From assembly GCA_965261895.1 (NCBI GenBank), contig OZ253480.1, forward strand, positions 4,379,210-4,443,209: a stretch of 64,000 nucleotides of DNA. Direction: 5' to 3'. The position numbers were made by a program, and so were the translations under genes. The DNA is from an uncultured Candidatus Binatia bacterium. GTDB taxonomy: Bacteria; Desulfobacterota; Binatia; UBA9968; JAJDTQ01. Positions 10,457-22,965 of the stretch are shown one piece after another. Position 1 is the stretch's first letter, and the number at the start of each line of letters is the position of its first letter. Below the pieces are notes generated by a model. It had not been told where the DNA came from, searched no databases, and worked only from the letters and a program-made list of their open reading frames with translations.

Positions 10457-10881
10457 CCCGATATCTTCTCGATACCAACATCATCAGCAACATCACCAAA
10501 CCGAAGCCTTCCGGGTCCTTGCTGGAGTGGATGGCTGAACAAGATGACGAAGACCTGTTCATTTCCTCGCTCACCATCGGTGAGATTTGGCGTGGTGTGC
10601 TGGAGAAGCCTGCCGGCCGCAATCGTGATCAGCTTGAAGCTTGGTTCGCAGGCCCGGAGGGTCCGCCTGCCTTGTTCGCCGGCCGCGTTCTCCCGTTCGA
10701 TCAGAAAGCGGGCGTCGTCTGGGCAAGACTCATGGCAGAGGGTAAGGGGAAAGGCCGTCCCCGCAGTGCGCTCGACACCATCATCGCCGCTACCGCAGAA
10801 GCTAACGGCTGTGTCACCGTCACCGACAAGGACTTCGCCGATGTCGAGGTCGTTAACCCGCTTCGCCGTGAGCCGCGTTGA
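10453..10881 (+). CDS. vapC: VapC PIN-domain toxin
   Basis: YLLDTNIIS, TIGEI..G, LDTIIAATA, VTDKDF. Confidence 0.9.
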   Translation: MTRYLLDTNIISNITKPKPSGSLLEWMAEQDDEDLFISSLTIGEIWRGVLEKPAGRNRDQLEAWFAGPEGPPALFAGRVLPFDQKAGVVWARLMAEGKGKGRPRSALDTIIAATAEANGCVTVTDKDFADVEVVNPLRREPR

Positions 10882-11040
10882 AGAAGGGTCGCCTCGTGCG
10901 CCTCTTCAACCTGAATCACGACGAAGGCACCGCCAAGGCTGGGCAACCGTCGGGCGAGACGTTCAACCTTACTTGTGCTAGTATAGCCCGCCTTGAAAGA
11001 ATCTGTTGCCCATTTCTGTTCCCAACGACAGGAGGAAACC

Positions 11041-12195
11041 ATGTCGAAGTTCAAAAGAGTCGCACTGTTCGTGGCCGGAACCGCTTTGGCAGCGGCCGCG
11101 CCCATCGCCGGGGCGGCCGAGACCATAAAGATAGGCGTCACCCAGCCTCTGACCGGCGCCGTTGCGGCGTCCGGCAATTATGTCGCGCAGGGCGCGAAGA
11201 TCGCCGAGTCGTTTCTCAACGCGTCCGGTGGTCTGTTGGGCAAGAAGGTCGAGTTGATCATCGAGGACAACAAGAGCAATCCGAAGGAAGCCGTGGCGAC
11301 GGCTGAAAAGCTCATCGTGCGCGACAAGGTTCCGGCGCTGATGGGGGCGTGGAGCTCGACCTACACCCTGGCGGTGATGCCGAAACTGATGGAATACGGC
11401 GTGCCCATGGTGGTCGAGACGTCGTCCTCGGGCAAGATTACGACCTCGGGCAATCCCTGGATCTTCCGCATCAGCCCGACTTCGGCCATGGAAGCCCAGT
11501 CCTTCGGCACGAAGGTCGGTCAGTTCAACATCAAGAAGGCCAACTTCCTGGTGGTCAACAACGACTGGGGCCTGGGCGCGTCCAAGGAATTCCAGAAGAT
11601 GCTCAAGGGCAAGGGCATTGCCGTCGGCGTGGTGGAAACCATGGATGCCAAGGCCACGGATATGAGCGCCCAGTTGGCGAAGATCAAGTCGGCGGGCGGG
11701 GATACCGTGTTCGTCACCACCGGCGTCGAGCAGATCACCCTGGTGCTGAAGCAGATGAAAGAGCAGCGGGTCACGCAACGGGTGATCACCACCGGCGGTT
11801 CGTCATCGCCGGATCAGTTGATCGCGCAGGCCGGCGCGGCCGCGGAAGGCAGTTTTCACTTGCTGTTCTTCGCCCCCTGGTTTCCGGGCGCGGCGCCCAA
11901 TCCGGAGGTCGCCACCGCGTTCGTCAATGAATGGAACAAGCGCGGCCACAACTTCGCCGGTTTGACCGAGGGTTTCCGCGGCCATGACGGCATCATGACC
12001 ATCGCCGCCGCCATCAAGGCTGCCGGCAAGGCCGAGCCCAAGGCCATTCAGAAGGCTCTCTGGGGGGTCAAGGTGAAAGGCGTCAACGGCAACATCGCGT
12101 TCATCAAGCAAGGCCCCGCCGGCAAGGAGAGCGCCCAGAACATTCCGAACGTTTACGTCGTCACCATCAAGAGCGGCAAGGTCGCGCTGCCCTGA
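11041..12195 (+). CDS. Branched-chain amino-acid-type ABC substrate-binding protein (LivK-like)
   Basis: GGAGG RBS, signal peptide, IKIGVTQPLTG..A.SG, EDNKSNP. Confidence 0.92.
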   Translation: MSKFKRVALFVAGTALAAAAPIAGAAETIKIGVTQPLTGAVAASGNYVAQGAKIAESFLNASGGLLGKKVELIIEDNKSNPKEAVATAEKLIVRDKVPALMGAWSSTYTLAVMPKLMEYGVPMVVETSSSGKITTSGNPWIFRISPTSAMEAQSFGTKVGQFNIKKANFLVVNNDWGLGASKEFQKMLKGKGIAVGVVETMDAKATDMSAQLAKIKSAGGDTVFVTTGVEQITLVLKQMKEQRVTQRVITTGGSSSPDQLIAQAGAAAEGSFHLLFFAPWFPGAAPNPEVATAFVNEWNKRGHNFAGLTEGFRGHDGIMTIAAAIKAAGKAEPKAIQKALWGVKVKGVNGNIAFIKQGPAGKESAQNIPNVYVVTIKSGKVALP

Positions 12196-12231
12196 CGGGC
12201 GGTCGACGAAAGCCGTGCGGCCCTGAGATGA

Positions 12232-12270
12232 CGAACACCCTTTCCGGGGCGTTCCCGGAAAGGGTGTTCG
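12232..12270. repeat. Strong hairpin between livK and livH (mRNA stabiliser or attenuator)
   Basis: CGAACACCCTTTCCGGG-gcgtt-CCCGGAAAGGGTGTTCG, a perfect inverted repeat. Confidence 0.75.
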
Positions 12271-12391
12271 CCGGGGCCGGTACTCTGTCCTCGGCGTCCG
12301 ATGGCGAAGAGGCAGTCCCGAAACGCGACCGGCCAAGACGTGGCCCTGTGAAGCATGTCCCAACAAGACGTGACCAGACGGAACGGCCACC

Positions 12392-13264
12392 GTGGCTGAA
12401 CTTCTCCAGCACCTCCTCAACGCCCTGATCCTTGGCGGCACCTATGCCCTTCTGGGCATCGGCCTGACCCTGATTTTCGGCATCATGCGGGTGGTCAACT
12501 TCACCCACGGCGAGCTTTATACGTTCGGCGCCTACATGGTGTATTTCTTCGTCATGCTGCTGGGCCTGAATTTCTTTGCCGGCATTCTGCTGGCCATGGC
12601 CCTGGGCGTGGTTCTCGGCGCGCTGATCGAATTGGTGCTGCTGCGCCCCCTCCGGGGCGCGGACATCGATACCACCATGCTGGTGATGATCGGCGCCTGG
12701 ATCGCGATGCAGAACCTGGAGCAGTTCACCTGGAGCGGCATCGCCAAATCCATCGACCATCCCTTTCCCCTGGACCCGCTGGTCATCGGGCTGGTCTCGG
12801 TCTCCTGGGTCCGGGTTTTCGTCTTCGCCTTCGCCGTGCTGCTGATCGCTGTCACCTACCTGCTGATCCATCGGACACGCCTCGGCAAGGCCATGCGCGC
12901 CACCTTCCAGGACCGTGAGACCGCGGCGCTCATGGGCGTCAACGTCAAGGGCATCCATACGTTGACGTTTGCCTTCGGCTCCTGCCTCGCGGCCGCGGCC
13001 GGCGCCTTGCTCGGTCCGGTCTTCGTGGTGGCGCCGACCATCGGCGATCTGGCGGCGCTGAAGGCCTTCGCCATCGTCATCCTCGGCGGGCTCGGCAGCA
13101 TCCCCGGCGCCACCCTCGGCGGCTTCATCCTGGGCCTGGTGGAGGAGCTGGGCGCGGGCTACATCTCGTCCGGCTATCGGGACGCCATGGGCTTCCTGCT
13201 GATTATCCTGGTGCTGGTGTTCAAGCCGACGGGGCTGTTCGCCGCCAAGGAGCGCATCGGGTGA
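12392..13264 (+). CDS. livH: Liv-type ABC permease LivH
   Basis: YALLGIGLTLIFG...VNFTHG, RTRLGKAMRA, ILGGLGSIPG. Confidence 0.92.
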   Translation: MAELLQHLLNALILGGTYALLGIGLTLIFGIMRVVNFTHGELYTFGAYMVYFFVMLLGLNFFAGILLAMALGVVLGALIELVLLRPLRGADIDTTMLVMIGAWIAMQNLEQFTWSGIAKSIDHPFPLDPLVIGLVSVSWVRVFVFAFAVLLIAVTYLLIHRTRLGKAMRATFQDRETAALMGVNVKGIHTLTFAFGSCLAAAAGALLGPVFVVAPTIGDLAALKAFAIVILGGLGSIPGATLGGFILGLVEELGAGYISSGYRDAMGFLLIILVLVFKPTGLFAAKERIG

Positions 13265-14289
13265 AGCACGCCGTGACAGCCGCCTGGGTGGTGTTTCTGT
13301 TCTCCATCCCGTTGTGGATGACGGACCTCTATTTCCTCCACATCCTGGTGACCGCCGGCATCTTCACCGTCGCCGCCATAAGCCTCAACCTGCTGCTCGG
13401 CTACACCGGGCAACTGAGCCTTGGCCACGTGGCGTTCTTCGGCATCGGCGCCTATGCCAGCGCCCTGGTGTCCCTGGGCTTCGACCTCGAGCTGACCGAC
13501 ACCTACACGTTCGTCTTCCCGCCGCAGCCGGTGTGGCTCGCTTTCATCGCCGGCATCGGCGCCGCCGCCCTGTTCGGCTGGTTGATCGGCAAGATCGCCT
13601 TCAAGGTCCGCGGCGCCTATTTCGTCATCGTCACCATCAGCTTCGCCGAAGTCGTGCGGCTCATCTCGCTCAACTGGGTCGACCTCACCGAAGGCCCGAT
13701 GGCGCTCAACAACATTCCGCCGTTCAGCGTCGCCATTCCCGGGCTCTGGGAGCAGACCTTCTACCAGAAGATGCCCAACTACTATCTGGTCCTGGTCATC
13801 GCCATCGTTTCCTACGTCATCGTCCGGCGCCTGGTACGGTCGCGGGCCGGGCGGGCCATGATCGGCCTGCGCGAGAACGAGGCCCTGGCCGCTTCCGTCG
13901 GCGTCGACGTCACCCACTACCTGGTCCTGGCGACGGTGGTTTCGGCGGCCATGGCCGGGGCCGCGGGCGGGCTCTATACCCACTATATCCGTATCGTCGA
14001 TCCGGATATCTTCCTGTTCATCTATACCGTCACCATGGTGATCATGGTGGTGACCGGCGGCAAGGGGACCACCGCCGGCCCGGTGGTGGGGGGCCTCATC
14101 TTCGGCCTCCTGCCCGAGGTTCTGCGCGAGTTCGCGAGTCCCGAGTTGCAGTGGGTGATCTACGGCGTGTTCATGATCGCCATCGTGTTCTTCCTGCCGC
14201 AGGGCATCGTCCCGGCCGTCACGTCGTGGTGGAAGGCCCGTTTCGCCGCCCCCGAGCACGGTCTGGGCACCCCGGAGGGAGCGCGGTGA
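13261..14289 (+). CDS. livM: Liv-type ABC permease LivM
   Basis: SLNLLLGYTGQLSLGH.AFFGIGAY, GAYF.IVT..F.E, GRA...RENE. Confidence 0.92.
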   Translation: MKHAVTAAWVVFLFSIPLWMTDLYFLHILVTAGIFTVAAISLNLLLGYTGQLSLGHVAFFGIGAYASALVSLGFDLELTDTYTFVFPPQPVWLAFIAGIGAAALFGWLIGKIAFKVRGAYFVIVTISFAEVVRLISLNWVDLTEGPMALNNIPPFSVAIPGLWEQTFYQKMPNYYLVLVIAIVSYVIVRRLVRSRAGRAMIGLRENEALAASVGVDVTHYLVLATVVSAAMAGAAGGLYTHYIRIVDPDIFLFIYTVTMVIMVVTGGKGTTAGPVVGGLIFGLLPEVLREFASPELQWVIYGVFMIAIVFFLPQGIVPAVTSWWKARFAAPEHGLGTPEGAR

Positions 14290-15054
14290 CCGATACCGCC
14301 TTGAGCGTGGAGGGCTTGACCGTCCACTTCGGTGGACTGGTGGCGGTATCGAACGTCGATTTCGTCGTCCGCGAGGGGGAGATCGCCAGCCTCATCGGTC
14401 CCAACGGGGCCGGCAAGACCACCGCCTTCAACGTCATCACGGGTTTCCTGCAGGCCAGCGCCGGCAGCGTCCGCTACCGGGGGGCTTCCCTGGACGGCCT
14501 GCGGCCCAATGACGTCGCCGACCTCGGCGTCGTGCGCACGTTCCAGAAGACCAGCCTGTTCAGCGGGCTGAGCGTGATCGACAACATGTTGATCGGCTTG
14601 CACCGCCGCGGCCGTGGCCGCGTCTGGGAGATCCTGCTCGCCTTGCCTCGCATTCAGGCCGAGGAACGCGACCTCCGGATGCAGGCCGGCGCCATCCTGG
14701 AACAGGTGGGGTTGTCCCACCGGGGCGGCGAGCTGGCATCGGACCTGCCCTACGGTGAGCAACGCCTGCTGGAGGTGGCCATCGCCCTGGCGGCGCGGCC
14801 GTCACTGCTGTTGCTGGACGAGCCGGCCTCCGGGATGAACCCCTCCGAAACCCAGGACTTCATGAACCGGGTCTCGGCCATTCGCGACCAGGGAACGACG
14901 ATCTTCCTGGTCGAGCACGACATGCGGGTGGTCATGGGCATCTCCGACCGGATCATCGTTCTCAATCAAGGCATGATCCTGGCCGAGGGGACGCCGGAAG
15001 AGATCCGTCACCACCCGGAAGTCATTCGGGCGTATCTTGGAGGGGCAGCGGCCG

Positions 15055-15062
<8 letters not shown>
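14286..15062 (+). CDS. livG: Liv-type ABC ATPase LivG
   Basis: GTG start overlaps the livM stop; FGGLVAV, GPNGAGKTT, RTFQ, LPYGEQR, LLLDEPASG, VEHDM. Confidence 0.93.
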
Positions 15063-15759
<697 letters not shown>

Positions 15760-16194
15760 CGCATGTCCTGATCCAATCGAACCGCCGGGGTCGCAGGCCG
15801 ATAACTTCACGCCGTGTACACCGGCACAGTCGATGGCGATCTCGTAGTCGCCGGGCGTTGTTGCACGGATTGGAGCGGAGACGAGGTTGGCCCTTCCCCA
15901 GGGGGTGGCGCCATGAGACACCTTCGAACACGGGAGGCCTGAGTTTGATCTCCGTGGTCTGATTGGCAATGCCGCGGGCCGTAAGGTCGGGTTTCCCGCG
16001 CTAAAAGAAACCGCCATGACACAGTCCAGCGAAGCCATCCAGCACGGTCGACCCTTGTCCCCGGAGAATTCCCTCGGTGATGCTCCGCAAATGGCTGCCG
16101 ACTTGCCTCTCCGAGAGTTTCGAGTCACACTTGTTTTGGTGGGGAGTTCCCCACGGGGAACCTGGGCGTCTACCCAAAGGAAGGATCTGTTGTC

Positions 16195-17123
16195 ATGGCA
16201 GTGGTATCGGTAATAAATTATAAAGGTGGCGTTGGGAAAACTACTCTGACAGCAAACCTTGCGGCCGAATTGGCGTGGCGAGGTTATCGTGTTCTCATGG
16301 TTGATTTGGATGCTCAGGCGAGCTTAACATTCTCGTTTATCACTCCCGATGATTGGCAGAAGAATTACGCGGACAGCAGGACTATCAAGAGTTGGTTCGA
16401 TTCGTTCGAATCCGGCACCCCTTTGCCCCTTCCGGACATTATCTTTACACCGACTCGAATGGCGAAGGTACTAAGCGGAAGAGAGGGATCCGTTGATTTA
16501 ATCGCCTCTCATCTGGGTTTAATCAACGTCGATCTTGAATTAGCTACAAAACTAGGTGGAGCGAATCTTACGCAAGCAAAGCGAAATTTTCTCTCCGTAC
16601 ATAGTATGCTTGCTAAAGGACTGACCGAAATAGATTCCGAGCGGTACGACGTTGTCCTCATTGATTGTCCGCCGAACTTCAATATTGTGACTAAGACAGC
16701 GATTATCGCGAGTGACTATATTTTAGTCCCGGCACGTCCTGATTACTTGTCGACACTGGGGATAGACTATTTGATTCGAAGTACAAACACGCTGATTCAG
16801 GAGTATAATGAGTATGCGGAGTTAGGCGCTGGTGCGAAAACGGAGTCAATTGACCCTAGAATTTTGTATGTCGTTTTCACTATGATCCAGGAATATCGAG
16901 GTAGACCTATAGCAGCGCAAAGGCCGTTTATGGCCAGGTGCGCCGCTCGTCCGGCGTTAACGTAATGCAACCGTATATCAAACGGAACGACACCATATTT
17001 GGAGATGCTCCGCAGTTTGGTGTTCCTACGGTCGCAAAGGGATATAGTTCGGGCAGTCATGCGAGCGTTGTTGAGGGCCTCGAGGCTGTCACAGAGATGT
17101 TCATCGCTGGAATAGGGCTATGA
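16195..17123 (+). pseudogene. ParA/Soj-family ATPase with a frameshift near 16935
   Basis: NYKGGVGKTT, VDLDAQ, IDCPP. The typical ParA C-terminus (IKRNDTIFGDAPQFGVP) continues in another frame at 16938-17123. Low-GC segment. Confidence 0.75.
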
Positions 17124-17566
17124 CAGTCAAGAGTAACAAGAGATCACCCGGCGACGCGGAACATATCGGTACGCTGCTGAGAAAGTTGGCGGATTTGGTC
17201 GAGAGATCGTCTGCTGATGAAATTGGCACGCTATTGCAGGGTGGTGGCGAACTTCGGATTGACGAAGGGGGATCGGGAGGCAGACTGGGGGGCAGATTGG
17301 GAGGCTCGAAGCCCCGACAGTCATACTTTGACGTAACGTTTGCGGAGGTGGCGGAGAAACTGCATGCGACCGAGACGCGGGAGGCGGGTCGCGAACTACT
17401 AGGTAGGGAATGTCCGACGAAGGCGGCGACCGAAAAGTTAGCTCGGTTTCTCGATCTGCCGGTCTATCGAACTGACACAATTGACAACCTTCGCGAGAAA
17501 ATTGTCGAAACACAGATTGGGTCAAGGTTGGGTACGGAGGCGGTGCAGGGAAGAAAAATGTCGTAG
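17120..17566 (+). CDS. Hypothetical ParA partner with a possible C-terminal HeH/SAP-like bihelical domain
   Basis: ATGA overlap with the ParA C-terminal frame; TKAATEKLARFLDLP....TIDNLREKIVE. Confidence 0.65.
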   Translation: MTVKSNKRSPGDAEHIGTLLRKLADLVERSSADEIGTLLQGGGELRIDEGGSGGRLGGRLGGSKPRQSYFDVTFAEVAEKLHATETREAGRELLGRECPTKAATEKLARFLDLPVYRTDTIDNLREKIVETQIGSRLGTEAVQGRKMS

Positions 17567-17623
17567 TTGCTATTGAACCCGCTGATTAATGCGGCCCCCC
17601 ATGCACTTCTTAAAGAACCGCCC

Positions 17624-18016
17624 ATGAACGACCGTACCTTCCACCTCTTCGCCGACGGCCCCGCGCCGGTGGCGCCGTACAGTCACGCCGTCTCCACCGG
17701 CGACTGGATCTTCGTCACCGGGCAAATCGCCACCGGCCGGGATGGGGAGCCGATTCCGGAGTCCATCGAGGACCAGACGCACAAGGTCATGGCGAACCTC
17801 AAAACCGTGCTGGCCGGCTGTGGCGCGGGGTTGGAGCACGCGGTCAGCGTGCGTATCTTCCTGACCCGGTTCGAGGAGGAGTACGACGCCATGAACGCGG
17901 TCTACGAAACCTATTTCCCAGCGGACAAGCGCCCCGCCCGTACCACCGTGGGTGTGACGGCGCTGGCCCGAGGCTGCCGGGTAGAAATCGACCTGATCGC
18001 GAAGCGGAGCGCCTGA
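17624..18016 (+). CDS. RidA family enamine/imine deaminase
   Basis: PYSHAV, FVTGQI, MNAVY..YF, PARTTVGV..L, VEID. Confidence 0.92.
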   Translation: MNDRTFHLFADGPAPVAPYSHAVSTGDWIFVTGQIATGRDGEPIPESIEDQTHKVMANLKTVLAGCGAGLEHAVSVRIFLTRFEEEYDAMNAVYETYFPADKRPARTTVGVTALARGCRVEIDLIAKRSA

Positions 18017-18044
18017 CCCGTACCCGGATCATCACCCCCGCGCA

Positions 18045-18977
18045 CTACAAATAACCCATTTCTCGATAGTAGCGCTCGGCGCCGGGGTGCAGGGGTGCGC
18101 ACATCGGCCCCTCCTCCGTGTTCCGGCATATCCGGCTCATGTCGAAACGATCTCCGTCGACGGGCATCGTGTCTTTTCTTGTATCGATGGCCTTGACCAC
18201 CGCGTAGGCCAGCTCGTCCGGAAAGTCCGCCCGGCAAAAGAGCGGCCAGCCGCCGAATTCCAGCGCGGGAACGTCCGCCTCCAACGCGGGAAACACCGAT
18301 TTGGGGATCATCGATTTCGGAAATCCCAAGTGCTCCATGTCGGCGAACACCGATGGCTGCAACGGCAGGAGAATCATGTCCCGTGCCAGGGCCCCGGCGG
18401 TCCAGCCCGTGACGCCCTCGTCGAACACCGCGTCATAGGCCCCTTGCTCGATCCCCTCCATGCGCCGGGGGTGGCTGGGGGTTGAGACCTGATCCACGCT
18501 GCCGCCCCATTGCTCCACCTCCTCGAGGCTCCAACCACAGAGGTTCAGGATACGCCGGATGGTGAACTCGGTGGTTCCCTCAGGGCCCTGTCCCCGGGTC
18601 GACAACTTGAGCGGAAGCTTCTTCTCGCCGATTTCCTCCAGGGACTTGACGCCGAGGTCTCTCTTGACCGCGAAGGCAAGTTTGTCCCAGGACGGGAACA
18701 CCGCGAGGTTTCGGATGTCGATCTTTTCGGCATAGGGCGCCAACCCGTTCAACGCCATATGGGTCACCGGGGAAGGGTTGAGGAAAGCCAGATCCACTGT
18801 CCCCTCGGCCAGCAGCTTTGGCGCCTCGAACCCTCCGAGGCGGCTGTTCCCGACGCCATACGAGACGATGATTTCCGACCCGTCGGGCAGGTTGTGCTGC
18901 GCGAGCCCCAAAGCGATCTCAAAAGCTTCGCCGGCCCGTATGTTCATGGTTACGGCGATTCTGATTGTGGTTGCCAT
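18045..18977 (-). CDS. TAXI-family TRAP solute-binding protein, orphan
   Basis: C-terminal PLHPGAERYYREMGYL, DELAYAVVKAI; GGAGG RBS before ATG 18977. Confidence 0.85.
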   Translation of the reverse strand: MATTIRIAVTMNIRAGEAFEIALGLAQHNLPDGSEIIVSYGVGNSRLGGFEAPKLLAEGTVDLAFLNPSPVTHMALNGLAPYAEKIDIRNLAVFPSWDKLAFAVKRDLGVKSLEEIGEKKLPLKLSTRGQGPEGTTEFTIRRILNLCGWSLEEVEQWGGSVDQVSTPSHPRRMEGIEQGAYDAVFDEGVTGWTAGALARDMILLPLQPSVFADMEHLGFPKSMIPKSVFPALEADVPALEFGGWPLFCRADFPDELAYAVVKAIDTRKDTMPVDGDRFDMSRICRNTEEGPMCAPLHPGAERYYREMGYL

Positions 18978-19256
18978 CAGGTTTACCTCCAATGTTAGCT
19001 GGTACCACGGTAGCGTCCGCAATGGCGCTGGGTCAACGGGCCGGCCCCGTCGCTTGCAGAGCCCCTATGCCTAACCTCACAAAGTTGTTAGAATCATCCT
19101 TTCGGATCGCACGCCGTTGAAGTTTCGTTTATCGAGCCGGAAACCGTCCGGAAATTCCGGCCATTCCAGGGCGCTCACAAAAGCCGTGTCCGGATTCGCA
19201 TGTCCGCCAACACCCGGGCTGCTCAAGGGGTGCGGGCGAAAAGGGGAGGGTAACTG

Positions 19257-21113
<1,857 letters not shown>

Positions 21114-21183
21114 CCCGGCGGCCGTCCGGCCTGCCCGCCTATTTTCTGCGGGCCGGGAGCCTGCGCCGCAACAAGACGAGGGC

Positions 21184-21208
21184 GTAGGGGCGGGTTTCAA
21201 ACCCGCCC
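21184..21208 (+). repeat. REP-like palindrome family A (GTAG-GGGCGGGTTTCAAACCCGCCC)
   Basis: Further copies at 47115, 49810, 49861, 53267, 53402, 54581 and 59523, all intergenic. Confidence 0.88.
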
Positions 21209-21248
21209 GCGTTCGCATCGCCTCGTGGGCCGATACAGGCTCCCATCT

Positions 21249-22667
21249 TCACCTCCCTCCTTCCGCCTCCTCTTCCACGTGCCGTCCCAAGAGCCGCACC
21301 TGCGCCCCGGCCAGCATGTCCTGGAGCTTCTTGCGGATGGCCCACAGGCAAATCAGTGACGGGAGCACCATCAGAGTGGTGATGACGAAGAAGGTTCCCC
21401 AATCGCCATCCAGCCAGTCCACCAGGGCGCCGGAGGAAGCGGCGAAGAGGGTCCGCCCGGCGGTGCCGATGGAGGCCAGCAGCGCGTACTGCGTGGCGGT
21501 ATAGGTCCGGTCCACCAGCATCGAGATGAAGGCGACGAAGGTGACGGTGGCGAAGGCGCTGGTGAGGTCGTCCATCACCACCGCGGCGGCGAACAAGGCT
21601 TCCGACTTGCCCACCCATGACAACACGGCGAACAGCAGATTGGTGGAGGCCATGGCGATGCCCGACAGGAACATGGCCCACACGAGTCCCATCCGGATGG
21701 CGAAGAAACCGCCCAGCACGGTGAAGGTCACGGTCGTGATCCAGCCGAGTCCCTTGGAGTAGAGAGCGATCTCGGACTTGGAGAAGCCGATCTCCCGGTA
21801 GAAGAGCAGGGACATGCGCCCCATGAAGGCCTCGCCGATCTTGAACAGGAAGATGAACCCGAGCACGGTCAGGGCGATGGCGAAGCCGTTTCGCCGGAAA
21901 AAGCTCATCAAGGGGCTCACCACCGTGCCGCCGAGCCACGCGACCAGGTGGCCACCCCGGCCCGAGACCCCGAGCCGGGAGGCGATCCGGTCTTCCTCCG
22001 CGTCCTGCTGGGCGATGCGTTCCGCGGTCCCTTGTTCGTGCACGAACAACAGGCCGACGTTGGTGAGGATGACCACGACCCCGAGCACGAGAAATGTGGC
22101 CTGCCAGTAGTCCTCCACCCCGGCGTTCTGGAACGCGGTGGCGGACTCCAGCGCGACGATGCCGCCGAGCTTGTATCCGGTCCACCAGCCCACCACCGCG
22201 GTAGCCGCCCCCGCGGCCATGGCCTCGCCCTCGTCCTGGCCCACCTGCTCGATCCGGAGCGCGTCGATGGCGATGTCCTGGGTGGCGGAGGCAATGGCGA
22301 TGGCCAGGCCGATACCCACCACCGCGGCCAGGTTGGCGGTGGGCTCGACCAGGCTCCAGAGCACGAGGCAGGCCACGATCACGGCCTGCAGCGTGACGAT
22401 CCAGGCGCGCCGGTGTCCGAGCCGGTCCGTTAGCCAGGGTATCCGGATGCGGTCGATGAGGGGCGCCCAGAGAAAGTTGATTGCGTAGACGCCGAAGATC
22501 AGGCCGGCAAAGCCGATGGCGGTGCGGCTGAGTCCGTCTTCCTTGAGCCACAGGTTGAGGCTGCTGCCGATCAGCACCCAGGGGAACCCGCTGATGATCC
22601 CGAGCAGGAAGATACGGGCCATGCGCCGTTCCCAGTAGACCGCCAACGACTCGGTGAGTTTCTGCAT
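21249..22667 (-). CDS. ampG: AmpG-family muropeptide MFS permease
   Basis: LGIISGFPW, FLWAPLIDR, LGHRRAW, SATQDIAIDALRIE, YTATQYALL. Confidence 0.93.
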   Translation of the reverse strand: MQKLTESLAVYWERRMARIFLLGIISGFPWVLIGSSLNLWLKEDGLSRTAIGFAGLIFGVYAINFLWAPLIDRIRIPWLTDRLGHRRAWIVTLQAVIVACLVLWSLVEPTANLAAVVGIGLAIAIASATQDIAIDALRIEQVGQDEGEAMAAGAATAVVGWWTGYKLGGIVALESATAFQNAGVEDYWQATFLVLGVVVILTNVGLLFVHEQGTAERIAQQDAEEDRIASRLGVSGRGGHLVAWLGGTVVSPLMSFFRRNGFAIALTVLGFIFLFKIGEAFMGRMSLLFYREIGFSKSEIALYSKGLGWITTVTFTVLGGFFAIRMGLVWAMFLSGIAMASTNLLFAVLSWVGKSEALFAAAVVMDDLTSAFATVTFVAFISMLVDRTYTATQYALLASIGTAGRTLFAASSGALVDWLDGDWGTFFVITTLMVLPSLICLWAIRKKLQDMLAGAQVRLLGRHVEEEAEGGR

Positions 22668-22798
22668 GAAGTTCCTTCCGGTTGACGAGGAGTTCCGCAG
22701 GCCGCCCCAAACCCGTTTATACAGGACGCGAAACGGGAACAGAATCGCAGCCGGCTTTCTTCGAACCGCGGCCGGACGGGTGGAACGGCAATCTCCCC

Positions 22799-22874
22799 GT
22801 AGGTCGGATTAGCCGAAGGCGTAATCCGACACCGGCCACCCCGTGTCGGATTACGCTACGCTAATCCGACCTAC
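22799..22874. repeat. REP doublet (REPIN-like), family B
   Basis: GTAGGTCGGATTAGCCGAAGGCGTAATCCGAC ... GTCGGATTACGCTACGCTAATCCGACCTAC, an inverted pair with GTAG/CTAC ends. Confidence 0.85.
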
Positions 22875-22965
22875 GGGGGCTGTGGGGTGTTGCGAACGAG
22901 CACCCTCACCTCACCCCACCTGGATTCCCGCTTTCGCGGGAGTATCTGTGTTGGAAGTCAAGGGT

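Noticed and set aside
15912-16090. Moco-riboswitch-like segment on the minus strand (GCCTCCCGTGTTCGAAGGTGTCTCATG)
   Set aside because: Only the 3' end resembles the motif, the 5' pairing is unconvincing, and no molybdenum-related gene follows. It may be a decayed coding fragment; an Rfam cmsearch would settle it.
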